Below are positions 26,035-37,660 of a stretch of 64,000 nucleotides of DNA, piece after piece. The notes under the pieces were generated by a model that was not told where the DNA came from, made no database searches, and saw only the letters and a list, made by a program, of their open reading frames with translations. The DNA comes from Raja brachyura. Lineage: Eukaryota. The number at the start of each line of letters is the position of its first letter. The stretch's first letter is position 1. A program made the translations under genes and the position numbers. The stretch covers positions 39,308,001-39,372,000 of the forward strand of contig OY740795.1 of assembly GCA_963514005.1 (NCBI GenBank), given 5' to 3'.

Positions 26035-26760
26035 TCTCCCATCAGGCAGAAGATACATAGGCCTGAAAGCACTTAACACCAGATTCAGGAACAGCTTCTT
26101 CCCCACTGTCAGAACATACATGATGGGCCAAATGGCCTAATTCTGCTCCTCTGTCTCGTGTTAGACCTAAATTACCGCATCATTGACCTTCCAAACTCCT
26201 CCTATGCAATGGTCTCCAATCCTCCCTTTGTCTTCACTCGACCCACCTCCCAATCCTATCCCTCCTTCCTTCCCTTGGCTGCAGCCTGGTATTAATGCCA
26301 GTCACCTTCCCCTCTCTCCAACCACCTCCTCCCCAATCCTGCGTTCCTCTCATTTCCAAATGTTTCTCACCTTTACTTCCTCAGAAGACATGCTGAATTT
26401 TTAAATTCAGTTTATTTTGACAAGAGTTCTACCACAAGACCGCAAGCAATTGCCAAAAGTTGAAGATTTAGACCAACACGTAAACCTACTTCCCCCACCC
26501 CCCTCTCCCCCTCCCCTTGTGCTGCCTTATGAAAACAGTCAACATCACCAAGGACTAATTATATCTGCACTTTCTCTGTAACTAACAGTATAATGCTCTA
26601 ACATTATAATTTGCAGTCTAGTCATTTTTACTGTATGTTCACCGTTGTACTTGTGTGTGGCTTCATTGTACTTATGTATAACATAATTTGACAGGGTATC
26701 ATGCACACAATGGTTTTCTCTGTACCTTGGTACACATGACCAAAATAAACCAGTACCAAT
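26035..26760 (+). mobile_element. Rex-Babar-like LINE 3' remnants (fragmented)
   Basis: ccatcaggcagaagatac...accagattcaggaacagcttcttcccc (PSGRRY...TRFRNSFFP) and tail ctgtaccttggtacacatgac. Confidence 0.6.
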
Positions 26761-27689
26761 GCAGTCAGCCACCAGTAATAATAACAAAATGCTAATTAGT
26801 TCTTGACACTAAATTGAGTAGGACTCATAAAAATCCCTTTTTTGGCAAGATTCCTAACCATAAATCTTGTTGAATTACAGCATAATTGTATTTAAGTCAC
26901 ATATGGAATACTGTACTACTGCTGCCCTCTGATAAAAGCATTGTCACCTTTATAAAAACCACTATTTACAGAGTTACCCCCAAAAAAAATCATTTAGCAG
27001 ACCCCTTTCTGAATTTTTTTGTTATTTTCCACAGTCATCATAACAAACTGCTAAGTATTTTAAAAACTGCAGGAAAGGTCAGCAGACATTTGATTACACA
27101 ACAATACAGCCCATTTCTGTTTTCTGTGATAAGGAGAGCCATATCTTTTCCCGAATGGTTCTCCAAGTACCTTTCACCAGCGATATTGATGGAAAGCTCC
27201 CATTTAGTGTGTGTCTCACGTCCTAGGTGCAGCTAAACATTGAGTCAATAAAGTACATTAGTTGTGGGAACATAATCCACTCAAAGTGTGAGCTAATTGA
27301 CTGGTATGATTGGCAGACATAAAGTGGTAAAGGAACAAGTATATCTTTCTGCAAAACATAATATTGCTGAGCGTTGCATTATTTCATTCCTTTATAGTGA
27401 ACCTTAAAGCAAATTCTATCACATTGATATGTCTGTCCAGAATATTTCAATCCATTATAAAACTTTTGATATTTGTAAAGATACCCTTCAAATTAAAGAT
27501 ATATAGCATTTGATTGCAGTGGTTCCATTTAAGCTGCAGTGCAACCACAGTGAAGATCTTCCCCAGTGACTTCATAAATAATTGTAGCAAACAGATTTAC
27601 AGGGACAGAGTTTGATCTTTGCAAAATGAGACAATTGAAATCCAAGTATCAGCGTTAGCTTTATTTTCACATGGAACCTATGTGTCATT

Positions 27690-28080
27690 GGAAGGATGAC
27701 AATTTATTGCCCATCCATAATGGTCTCGGGGGAAATGTTGGAGCCATTGTTATTTAAGCACTGTCAGATAGATAATCTGCGGACTTTGGTTCAGCTGAGC
27801 AGTTTGCTGCTCCATTTCAGAACAGTTGACTAAATTACTGTTGGCCTCAAATCACATGTGAGCCCCACAAGATAATGATGGCAAATCTGCTTTCCTAAAA
27901 GACATCGTTGAACTGGATGGGTTTAATGACATTCCAGTAGATTCCTGATCACTGGACCTAGCTTTTCAAATTCCAGATTTTTATTATAAATTTCCCACCC
28001 GCCTTGGTGATATACAGAGGCCTGGGACACAGACTTGCCAACTCTCACTCACTGGATGTCTGACATTAACATGGCATTTA
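27690..28080 (-). mobile_element. Ancient SINE-like repeat (related copy on + at about 49890-50080)
   Basis: Shared degenerate motifs (tttattgcccatcc; gaactggatgggttt; ttccagattttt) recur in the window. Confidence 0.45.
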
Positions 28081-29911
28081 CTACCCCAATGCATCCCTGA
28101 GCTCATTGATGTTTTTCAGGGCTGGGACGCACTGGCAAGCTCTGGCAGAATAGAGGTTGCAGAGGCACAAATTCTTACAGTGCAACAAGGCAGGTCACAA
28201 GACGTCACGCGTGTTTGGAGGTTGCAACTAGTTCCCATGAACTTTGGGCAGTTGGGAAATAATTTCTAGAGTGCATCAAAAGATCTGATAACTTTCCTTC
28301 CCTTTTGATAAGTTGAATTCTGGCAAAAGTCCACAATCACATTTTGTGTTCTTTTTAACATTTACTAAACTTGTCTAACGTCTTAGACCCGAACAACAAC
28401 CTTTATAGTTTCAATTTGGACTTTTTCCAGCATTGATCTCTGCAGTCTTGGAGCCAAGTCTTTTCCAAAAAAATTTAAACTTAAAAAAGTCGAAGACCCT
28501 CTCTTGGGAGATGGGGCCAAAAGTTCAATATTCCCAGATTTGTACAGCCTGGACCTCAGCCCTTGTTCAAAATTCAGATTTTAAAACTTTAGTGTGTCCA
28601 CGAAATCAACACTCACAATGAATAGTGTGTATGCAATGCAAATTATCTGGAACTAGAATGCAAGGTTTTAAATTTGTTAGGAATGTTGTTCCCCTTTTAT
28701 GTGGAAGCATATAACCATCTTAAAAAGAGTGACATAATAGTGCCAAATGCCGTTTTGATAGCTAATGGAGAAATTATTCATTTTGATTGATGTTGTGATA
28801 TTGCCCAGTTAAATGTTTAAATAACATTCCATAGTATCTAAATTTATTTACCTTTCAATTAGATTGATTAAACTAATTTCCGCATTTTAAAAAAAAACAT
28901 TCTTTAAAGAAACTGACATTCCCGTCTCTAAGGGAAAAGTAGTTTGGATCATGCATTTGTTTTGAAGTGGAGATGAAATCAATAAAAATACTAAAGAGAT
29001 TATAAGATTGAGTAAAAATGCAATCCTTTTTCACTTGATCCCACGTGAAATAGAAACAATGTTTAAAAATTAGTAACATATATGAAAGTTTCTGCAATGT
29101 ACATGATATTTTAATGTAACTGCTATCTTAATATATAGCATTATACATTATATTTGTGCGTCAAATGAATTGCTGAGGGAAGGTTCAGTGGCCACTGGGA
29201 TTATTGCCAAACATGGTGACAGATCAAGGATGATATGATATTTAGAGTGATCCAAGAATCACATTATAATTGAAGTTATAAAAACAACAAGCCAAATCAT
29301 GGCAACATAACAGGCACATTAATTAAATAAGAAACAAATAAGATAATAAAAATGTGGAATCCAAGTAAACTATCTAGATTTATTGGCTTCAAATTAATTA
29401 AATTCCATTATATTACTTTGGTTATATAGATTATATATTACTATTAATTTAGTTTCTATTCATTTATTTTTAGTATCAATTAGTTATAGTTTAACATAAA
29501 TGTAATATGACCAAGAATATACAAATTAAATCATATCTGTAAAGTGGTTTTCAAATAGATAACCACAGTGACAACGTGATACAGAAAACAAACATCCTTG
29601 AGTTGACGACTATATTTTTTAAGCTTGTGTCCACTGACCATATCCCTAACCAGAGGTTACAGTAGTAACTTTTGTCCTCGAGGGATCTCCAAAACCCACA
29701 GGTTTTTGTTCCAATCAGTAAATAATTGCTTCTGATAAAATCCATTTGTTTGCACTCTCACGGAAGTCTGGAGTGTGTATGAACGAGTCCATTTAGCAAT
29801 GGGGTGTTTGCATTGCGCACATCAAAATTAACTATCATGTGCTTGTTCGATTGAAAACTTGGATCGCAAAATATCACCATAGACCAAAGAAGAGTCTGGC
29901 TTACAAATTGA

Positions 29912-30080
29912 GTCGGAAGGAACTGCAGATGCTGGTTTACACCGAAGATAGACTCAAAATGCTGGAGTAGCTCAGCGGGACAGGCAGCATCTCTGGATAG
30001 AAGGCTGAGACTCTTCTTCTCAGGGTCTTGACCCAAAACATCACCTATTCCTTCTGTCCAGATATACTGCCTGGCCTACT
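29912..30080. mobile_element. Penelope-like inverted pseudo-LTR pair
   Basis: gaaggaactgcagatgctgg...ctcagcgggacaggcagcatctctgga followed by gggtcttgacccaaaacatcacctattcc...ctgcctggcc. Confidence 0.75.
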
Positions 30081-31741
30081 CTATCTTATGGGTTAAAAAT
30101 GAGTTGTCTATCCTTGTGGCTTAAAAATTAATCTGTGCAACACAAAGGAAAATGGTGTTGTGCAACACCAACCAATTTTAACCACAGTTCTTAGAGAGTT
30201 AAAAGCAGTAGTTAATGCTATGATGTTTTTAATGGAAAAAAACTAATGTGTCTAGCATGTTTTCTGACGACTGGCTTACCCAAACAACATCAACACTTGT
30301 GCAATACCCAGAACTAGTTTCTGGCCTGATTGTTAACCACATTGGTCTAAATGATGGTATTGTTCGCTACAGAAGAACCAGTTCTTTGTAATGCTGGAGG
30401 CTAAAACTAATTGGTATCAAAGGTTTCAGGCGTATCTCTCCTGCAGTTGATAGTAGGGCTGCCAAAGAAGGTTCAAATGGGCTGACTGACTCAAACTAGG
30501 ATCCCAGTCACGCCGGCCACTTTCAGCAGATTTCCGCTCAAAAGCAAGCACCCAGAAAAAATGCCAGAACAAAAAAAATCCAGCAAAAAGTCAAGATAGT
30601 TTGATTTTCATCTGGACAAAAATATGGTAAAAATTCGAGAAAGATATCCGACAAAAAACTCAGAAGGATGTTGCCAAATTGGTGCCTGTCAGAGCACAAG
30701 AGTCTCGGTAAATGCCCTGCACTTTGTGGAGTCCTACACTCCAGCATCATAAAGTCACATTCACCAAAGAGATGGTTCTCCATTTATCTAGTATTTCTTG
30801 ACTTCCCTAATTCAGCGGGGAGCAAATTGACAGATCTGGAGTTTCTCAGCAGAGACGCTGCAAAGATCACGGGGCAAAGTTTCTGAAATAAGGGTGACTT
30901 TGAGTTCAAGAATAGTGAAGGCATGGGTTTATTCGACATTTGTGGTCTGCTAACTATTGCATGAAAGAGGTATGCGGAAACCAACCGCTTAAATGTCACA
31001 TGAGGAAGCTTGCTGGTGTAGTTTGGAGCTGACACAAATGAATTTCATGATTTCTCCTTAAAGCGTTAAAAAAAATTGTTTTAGACAGCACCCGAGGTTG
31101 GGATTGAACCCAGGGCTTTGGGACTGTGAGCCAGTGGCTCTACCCGCTGCAGCACTCTGCTGACAGTCTCCTCCACTCCAAAGAAAGTTTGAAGAAATCT
31201 CTCCCCATAATCAAAGTCCTCTATGATAGGCAACATCCCAGTAAATCTCCTCTACATATACCAAAATCTACCAAATGTCATTTATCCCTTACTTTGTCAA
31301 TTGTCTCATCTTCCGAGTTACTCTTTGTCATTTCCATTTGTAATTTCACCTTTTATAATTTGGTTCCAGCAACAAATGCACGCATCACAATGACATTCAA
31401 AGCACTCAGACCCTTACGCCAGCCACATGCTGAGACCCAGGCTCAGTCACACAGCAGCACATGTGATCTTCGCCCTTACTGATGTCAAGTCTGAGCAGCA
31501 CAACGGCACGAGACCTCGCCCTTCCTGAAATTCAGTCTCAGAGACACGCAGCATCATGTGCGTGGCACAAACTTGCACTGCAAACCCTTCCTCTTTAAAG
31601 CTGTCATTGCTTTTGGTTTCCCCTCTAGTCTCTTACCCTTCTACATCTTCAGTCTGATACAAACAGGCTCAATTTTTCAACTTGCTCTGAATTTGTAACA
31701 ACCTGTTCTTTTGTCTTATTTAGCATTTCTTATATCCTAGC

Positions 31742-32305
31742 ATTTATTTCAAGAGGGGTAGAATACAAATACAGGGATGAAATGCTGAGGCTCTATGAGG
31801 CTCTGGTGAGGCCGCATTTGGAGTATTGGGAGCAAGTTTGGGCAGCATATCTGAGGAAGGATGTGTTGTCTCTCGAAAGGGTCCAGAAGTGGTTAACAAG
31901 AAAGATCCCAGGAATGAGTGGGTTAACATATGATGAATGTTTGATGGCACTGGGCCTGTATTCGGAGCTTAGAAGAATGAGGGGGGACCTCATTGCAATG
32001 TACAAAATAGTGAAAGACATGGATAGAGTGGATGTGAAGAGGATGTTTCCACTAGTGGGAGAGTCTAAGGCTAAAGGTCATTGTCTCAGAATTATAGGAC
32101 GTTCCTTTAGGAACAAGATGAGAAGGAATTTATTTAGTCAGAGGTGAATCTGTGGAATTGATATAGATAAGATTCTTGATTAGTACGGGTGTCAGGGTTT
32201 ATGGGGAAAAGGCAGGAGAATGGGGTTAGGAGGAAGAGATAGATCAGCCATGATTGAATGGCAGAGTAGACTTAATGGGCCAAATGGCTTAATTCTGCTC
32301 CTATC
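31742..32305 (+). mobile_element. CR1 LINE 3' fragment (different subfamily)
   Basis: ORF 31782..32147 reads LRLYEALVRPHLEY...RRMRGDLI; 3' UTR ends aattctgctcctat. Confidence 0.92.
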
Positions 32306-32899
32306 AAATGCCTTCCACTGAACATCAAGCCACCATTTCCCAGAGTTCCATGACCTCATCCCACTTTCTTCCCACGTACGTCCTTCCTTTAATCGATTAA
32401 CCGGATTGTGCTATGGAACACTTGTCTCAGCCTGTTCCTGAGTAAGCACACAAGAGGTTGGGTGTGCCGACTCTTGAAGTTGACGAGGTCAACACAGAGT
32501 TCAGAGGGTATATCGTGCCCAGTGGAAGATGGGCTGTCTTACAGAGATCATGCAAGTGGTAAAGGACAGAGAAGTAAGTGCAGCTAGCAATGAGACAGGG
32601 AATTAAAGTCGCAGGGTAATTGTAACTCAAAGCCATGATGTAGACTGGAGCAGGTTGCAGGCAGTACCACTTTTGAAAACCTTTAATTCTTCATTGACAT
32701 AGAGCACCAACTTTCAGAAATGTTCACGGAATATTACAAATCAGTCCCATGCAAAGATGTGCCCAAACATTCTCAATCTCTGGGTCCCCAAAGCATCATG
32801 TATTTGGTCATGGACTCATTATCAAGCACTAAGATCTAAGATGTTTACGTAGATATAAAAAAATGTAGGCAATTGTTCAAAAATATTGGAAACTTGGAA

Positions 32900-33790
32900 A
32901 GTTGAGATTGTCTGGTGAATCACCCCAACCCCAGGACACTGCTGGAGTACCTCAAGACTATCTACTAAGCCCAACGGTCTTCAGTTGCTTCAATGATCTT
33001 CCGATCATCACCAGATCAGAAGTGGAGAATTTTTCTGATGAGGCACAATATGCAACTTGTCAGCAAATAAAGCAGTCAAAACCTGGAGAGCATTCAATTA
33101 TGAGCTGATATCGAAATTGCTACAAAATTGCCAGGCGATCTCAATCTGCAGCAAACGTGTGTCTATATACCTACTGACATTATCATCAAGTTCTACACCA
33201 TCTATTTTCTGGGGGTGTCAGGTCACCACTGACCAGCACCATAAATGGACCGGCAACATGAACAATGTGGTCATTTTCAAGTCAGAGCCAAGGTATGCTG
33301 TAACAATACCTCAATGTCCAATATTATTCATATCCTTTGCTCCATTTGGATTGCACATTTCATGAGAGTGATGGAGTGCCCTCCACTTGCCTGGTTGACT
33401 ACAGCTCCAATAACACTCATGAATCTTGCACCAGCCTGGACAAAGCAGCCTGCTTGATACGCCCTGGACACCACCTGACATATTCATTTCCTTTACTACC
33501 ATGTACACCACCAACACAAATCATTGCGGTTACCCAACTCACTACTTCAAGCCTCTCAAGCCCATGAGATCTTGCGGCTAGGAGTTCAGTCGGCTCCAGG
33601 AAATGCCACCATGTGGAGTTTCCGCTGTTAGTTATACTCTATCCTGACTGGCAAATATATCACCCTTATGTTACTGGCGGTGGGTCAAAATCCTGGGCCT
33701 TTCAAGAGTATGCTGGCACCATCATATTCGGAGGTGGCTCATCACCTCCTTCTCAAGATCAATCAGGGATGGTCAGTAGGCAACTCCTGT
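32900..33790 (+). mobile_element. Ancient CR1-group LINE remnant
   Basis: TAGVPQD..LSPTVFSCFNDLP..RSEVENFSDEA, a degenerate RT motif B/C region. Confidence 0.65.
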
Positions 33791-35135
33791 ACATTTGGAA
33801 TATCTATGGTGGAGAACGAGTCTCAGAAAGAGGGGGGGGGGGCAGGAAGGAAGAGGTGAAAGGAGAGAGAAAAGGTACGAGGAAAGATGGAGACATGGGC
33901 AGTACAGAGCAGAGCAAAAGAGAAAGTAGGGAACAAGCACTAAGAAGAGAGAGTTAGTTAAGAGATGGAATTAATCATGGTTTATTTTTATAAAGAAAAT
34001 TGGTCAACAGCTCAGGTGCTAAAGAAAATAATTTGCTCATCAGTACACGTGCTGAGTTTGGTGTGTTGAAACAACAAGTGCAAAAGAGAGGATATTAAAT
34101 CATCTACTTAGGTACATAACAAAGACAATAGGTTTCCAAAAGGGTTCACTCCCTCAGTTGAAGCATGTTATGGATCCTCAAATGTGAAAAAAGTAGAAAA
34201 CGGCATTAGTAACATTTTGCTAAATAAACTAACATGATACTGAATTATTTTTTGATGAAAGCAGTGTGGAATGGCAGTTTTTACCGTCGCAAGAACAGGT
34301 TATGGGTTGCCTGGAGCATCAATAAATTGATCCTCTGCTTAAAGAAATGGGAGTGTTTTGCAATCTTTGATTTTAGATAGTTGCTTCCAATCTCTCCTGC
34401 CTGGTTTGCATTGCTTTAGGTTGGATTTTAGAAACTGGATTTAGAAACATCCCGGTGGATATAGAACTTCTGACGAGTTGAACTGCAAAGAAGCGCCAAA
34501 GCTGAATTAAAGAATTAGAACATTGCCGCATGAAAAGGATTGATGGTGAAGAGAGGGAAGCAATATTTGCAATTCCGACCAGACGCAAAGTGAAGGACAT
34601 TGTTTTAGGAGGGCACATGCACTCCCACAACAAAGGAGTCAGGCAATCTGTACAGTGTTTGAGGTTAAAAAAAATCTGTTCATGGCTGAATAAAATGTTG
34701 CTGCATATAATTTAAAATCAGCTCAGAATGAAAGGGCTGAAATGTTGCAAGTTATTAATATTTCTGGAACAGTTTTCCTTTCAATTCCATTCTACACCGG
34801 CGCTCAAACAAGAATGTTAATCCCTACACGGTTTCTCTTCAATCAGCTTTTACAGTCCTGTCAAAATGTAATTGTGCACACAGATGAATGACAATCCCTG
34901 GGAAATTTAAAGTAATCTTATCAAAAGGTTGAGTAATTTCTGCATCTGTCTTACATGTTGCAAAATTTAAATACACAAGTCACTCCTAATGTGCTTATGT
35001 TAATGGAGATCTGTGGCATTTACATCGTTGCAGGTTATAATTTAAAAATACTGCAGTTTGTTTCACATCCATTTTGGGATGGCAGGGGAGGATTTGGAAA
35101 TGAGTGTCAGCCTAAGCCTACAGTCCGTCACATAC

Positions 35136-35920
35136 CTGAGTCATCTTGGCAAGGTCAAGGGACGGCCTTTGTTCTTCCGGACGGCGACGCTTCATCCCAA
35201 CTTTCTGATCGTTGTGGACACACGGCTGGGACCTGCATCGGAGTAGGCGGCTGGCCTGCTGTGCGTGGTCTGAGACCGGAGCAGTTGCTGCATTAGTGGA
35301 CGGCTTGCCGTGCTCCAGCACAGATATCTGCTCGTGAGATGCGGAAAGGGGCCGCAGCAGATCGACCCTGGATGCCACGCCCAAACTGGAATCGGGGTGC
35401 AAGTCATCCTCAGGCCTTCCACAAGCGGGCGGGGTCCAGAAGCCCTGGCCCCGAGGGCACGCTGGTCTGTTGCTGGTTGCCAAGGGTTCCCACGGAAAAG
35501 ATAAGACGTTGGATCTTGAAGGCAGACTAAAACTGGAACTCCTCTGCATTGTAGACACCCCGTTGGAAAAATGTTGCACGCTGCTCCCACTGTGGCAGCG
35601 CCGTTTATCTACTGGAGTCCACACCTTTGACCCACTGGGTTTCCAGGGTGATCGACAGCTGGAGAGCTCATCTGAAAATGAGAGCGACCTGCACTGCCGC
35701 TTGCTGGGAGGTGCCGATGGGTTGCTGCTACAGTCACTGAGGCTGAGGTCTTTGATTAAACTGGTCACAGCAGACGTTGTACTTGCATCACTTGGCCAGA
35801 CTGCAGTCTCCTGATACTCATCTGAGCCAGTCAAACAAGTCCAAGGTGGATCCAGATTACTGGTAGTTTGCTCAAGGTCAATTTGACACTTCCTGTTGAG
35901 GTCTTTCCACCGATCACCCT
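35136..35920 (-). CDS. FAM53B: FAM53B large coding exon (785 nt)
   Basis: aaaaag|AG GGT GAT CGG TGG AAA GAC (E-GDRWKDLNRKC) to ...ATG ACT CAG|gtatgt. Contains AVTSLIKDLS, PSAPPSKRQCRSLSFSDE, SKVWTPVDKRRC, MQRSSSFSLPSR, RSQPC and KRRRPEEQRPSLDLAKM, typical of FAM53B. In frame with ORF 35118..35834. Confidence 0.97.
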
Positions 35921-36177
35921 CTTTTTATTCCAAACAAACAAAACAAAAAGGTTTCATTAGACTGTACCCAAGATTCCACTGTATGGATTAGTTCTTAAGG
36001 AAAGAAACATTATAAAATGGATTGGTATATCATCATTTCAATCTACTGTCTAAATAAAAGTTATGGCCATCATATTTCCCAACCAAATAGATCATGTGGT
36101 TTGTGGGAGCACAGATGATTAGCAGGATGGAACGAAACACAGGTCAAACAATGGAGCAGTCAAAATGCAATTAAAAA

Positions 36178-36302
36178 AAGGAACAGCAGATGCTGGTTTA
36201 TACGAAAGATAGACACAAAATGTTGAAGTAACTCAGCGGGTCAGGCAGAATCTCTGGAGAAAATGGATAGGTGACACATTTCGGGCCGGGATCTTCTTCA
36301 GA
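36178..36302 (-). mobile_element. Penelope-like pseudo-LTR fragment
   Basis: ggaacagcagatgctgg...aactcagcgggtcaggcag...tttcgggccgggatcttcttcag. Confidence 0.75.
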
Positions 36303-36849
36303 TGTTTTAGCAGCCTGTGTTTTAAAAGTCAATAATGTACATGCTGGCTCGAAGGGCTGAATGACCTCCTCCTGCACCTATTTTCTATGTTTTCTATAAC
36401 GAACATAACATCAATGTGCACATAACTACTTGAGATCGCACTATTGATGTACATTCAGGCACCACTAATAAATAGTGCAATTCGGTCTTACAAGGTGCCA
36501 GTCAATGGTAAATACAGGCACTGCATCAATGCTGAATATGAACTTTCAAAAGTCCATGTTCACTTTGGTTTCATTTGCCCCCCCTTCTCAACTTGATGCT
36601 TCATTGGTCTCCTCTACAGCCCATTCCCATTGATATCCTATCTGACATCCTGTGGACACCTGTCCTGTCTCCTGCACTCTGATCTAATCCTGATATGATC
36701 CTTTGTCCTTGCTCCCTCCCGATCAATTTCCTCTTATTGTCCAATCACCCGCTCGCTCCCCCCAACCATTCCCCGCCCCCACCCTGCGTCTAATCCTCAC
36801 TCTTCACTTCCTTCACTCTCATTGTCCGTCCAGCATAGGAGCCAATATT

Positions 36850-37000
36850 CTTGCTTCTGAGTCAGACACTTCAGCGCAATAGTCCAGGTTGATGCTTCAG
36901 GAGGAGCTGCATTGCCCAAGGTGCCGGCTTTCAGATAAAATGCTAACCTGAGCATCCCAGATGGCCATGATCCTATGGCACTACATTAAAGAAGCTCAAG
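36850..37000 (+). mobile_element. Deu-domain SINE remnant (AmnSINE1/SacSINE1-like)
   Basis: aggtgccggctttcagataaaatgctaacctgag...gatcctatggcactac...gaag resembles the recalled Deu core ggtgccgtctttcggatgagacgttaaaccgagg...gatcccatggcact. Confidence 0.55.
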
Positions 37001-37559
37001 TTTTTCATTGGTTGTGAAGTGATTCCGGATACACCAAAAGAGGCACAAAATCTGATACAGTTACAAATTGTTCTTCACTATCTGTCCACTAACTGTATCC
37101 AATAGTCTGGCCACTTCCTACTCCACTCCTTAACTTTGATCATCTTGCCCCTCCATCTCTGTGCCCTATCACCATGGTACTGTTTAATTGAATGACCTCG
37201 AAAAGGATCCGGTTAGCCACATATCTCTCACAACGGATGGGTCAAGCGTGGGACACCCACAATTTTAGTTCATTCTTGGAACTGTCAGTGATACAGTGAT
37301 GAATGGGACCAGTTGGGAGCTTCTCCCAATCTTTATCCAAAACAAATAAGTTCAACCTGATTTTGCTAAAATTGGGTACAAGGGGCTATTCCTCAAAAAG
37401 TTAAAATATACACAATATTCATTGTTTTCCCCTCACCGCAAAATCTCAATGATAACAGTTCTACTGTGAACCAAAGTGTGCCAACAAATATATTGTTCTT
37501 CAAAATAAGATTTTCTTATTAATTTGGCAGTGTGATTTTAGACATTTGTTGACATGTGT

Positions 37560-37660
37560 CATGTTAGACATATGTCATGTTGTTACTTGTGGACGGAGCA
37601 CCAAGGCAAATTCCTTGTATGTGAATACTTGGCCAATAAACTTACTTATTTATTTACTTA
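37560..37660 (+). mobile_element. Short retroposon 3' end with (ACTT/ATTT)n tail
   Basis: gcaccaaggcaaattccttgtatgtgaatacttggccaataaacttacttatttatttactta. Confidence 0.55.

Noticed and set aside
33300-33330. Minus-strand LDIE as the FAM53B terminal exon (ELDIEQIE)
   Set aside because: The context reads LDIEVLL inside an old LINE remnant, with no NCQTF-like exon start. The last exon was not found in the window.
35118-35834. ORF-track 238-aa protein as a complete gene
   Set aside because: The TTG start is internal to the exon and VCDGL* is intron read-through past the donor at 35135. The exon is 35136-35920.
36747-36785. C-run cluster giving a potential G-quadruplex on the transcribed strand
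   Set aside because: Such low-complexity C-rich tracts are common in this window, and nothing indicates function.
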